The translations under genes were made by a program, and so were the position numbers. Below, piece after piece: positions 63,581-64,000 of a stretch of DNA of 64,000 nt. The notes under the pieces are model-generated. The model saw only the letters and a program-made list of their open reading frames with translations. It was not told the origin of the DNA and did no database searches. Source of the stretch: an uncultured Mycoplasmatota bacterium. GTDB lineage: Bacteria; Bacillota_I; Bacilli_A; RF39; UBA660. The stretch spans positions 3,050 to 67,049 of the forward strand of contig USGP01000005.1 in the NCBI GenBank assembly GCA_900554315.1. Reading direction: 5' to 3'. The first letter of the stretch is position 1, and each line of letters opens with the position of its first letter.

Positions 63581-64000
63581 ATGGATAATATTCCTAAAGT
63601 AGATATTAATGATATTAATTTAGAGAATGTTTTTCTTCATTATACTAGTAGAGATAATATTCATAGTATATTTAAAAATGGATTGGAGCCTAGGATTGGT
63701 GAAAATTCTAAAGGATTAGAACAAACTAAAAAGGTGTTTTTTACGATTGGGGAGAAGAATGCACTTATTATCATGGATGTATGGCTAAAATGGTTAACGT
63801 CTATACCTAAAAACAAATATATTTATCAGTTAGGTGCCTATTTTTTGAGACAATCCTATTTTCCTAAATTTATTTATGATATAATTTTTAAATTTTATCA
63901 TCATAGTAATAAAAAGTTTATTATGGCTTGTAATACTTTAAAAGAAATATTGGATAATAGTTGCTATCTTGTGTTGAATTTAGAAGAAAATGTGGATTAT
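63581..64000 (+). CDS. Hypothetical protein, 3' end outside window
   Basis: AGGTGG RBS. 140 codons open to the window edge. The N-terminal FLHYTSRDNIHSIFKNGLEP block resembles the 19310 protein. Confidence 0.6.
   Translation, partial: MDNIPKVDINDINLENVFLHYTSRDNIHSIFKNGLEPRIGENSKGLEQTKKVFFTIGEKNALIIMDVWLKWLTSIPKNKYIYQLGAYFLRQSYFPKFIYDIIFKFYHHSNKKFIMACNTLKEILDNSCYLVLNLEENVDY

Noticed and set aside
1-64000. Search for CRISPR arrays, tRNA or rRNA genes, IS elements, integrases, prophage modules and known defence-system hallmarks.
   Set aside because: I saw no regularly spaced direct repeats, no tRNA-like GTTCGAAT/T-loop contexts, and no transposase, recombinase or phage structural motifs in any ORF. 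The surface-protein island has no flanking direct repeats or mobility genes visible by eye.

Overview
This is a low-GC, AT-rich chromosomal segment from an endospore-forming Firmicute, judged by the presence of spoVS and cotE. Gene order resembles Bacillus and Clostridium housekeeping arrays, but the exact taxon cannot be determined from sequence alone. About 70 genes are tightly packed, and all but five are on the + strand. I found no rRNA or tRNA genes, CRISPR arrays, transposases or integrases.

The backbone is made of these housekeeping blocks:
- ldh and spoVS.
- A T-box-controlled operon: (p)ppGpp-hydrolase-like HD protein, M19 dipeptidase, serS.
- miaB, ricA, cotE.
- rpsP, khpA.
- uppS, cdsA, rseP.
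- priA, fmt, rlmN, prpC, prkC, rsgA, rpe.
- tex, mutY, xth.
- A copper operon: csoR, copA, VOC protein, copZ.
- An M16 peptidase pair.
- A T-box-controlled thrS.

Several lineage-specific inserts sit between these blocks. The most interesting are:
1. A 7.9-kb island (32.7-40.6 kb) encodes five secreted proteins. All end in a non-canonical V-P-[D/N]-T-[A/G/S] sortase-type sorting signal. Four of them form an uncharacterised paralogous family whose 3' ~350 bp is kept highly similar in three copies.
2. A tail-anchored protein with a PARP-like H-Y-E motif set sits where def normally lies, between priA and fmt.
3. The T-box-regulated ThrRS lacks the TGS domain and the editing-site residues. It is preceded by a Thr-rich mini-cistron and by an orphan SD-ATG micro-ORF.
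4. Two tandem bitopic membrane paralogs follow rpe. Each has a long low-complexity N-terminal tail and a four-Cys ectodomain.
5. A translationally coupled pair encodes a cytoplasmic LRR protein and a 700-aa transglutaminase-like protein.

All functional calls rest on motif recognition in the supplied translations. No database search was run.
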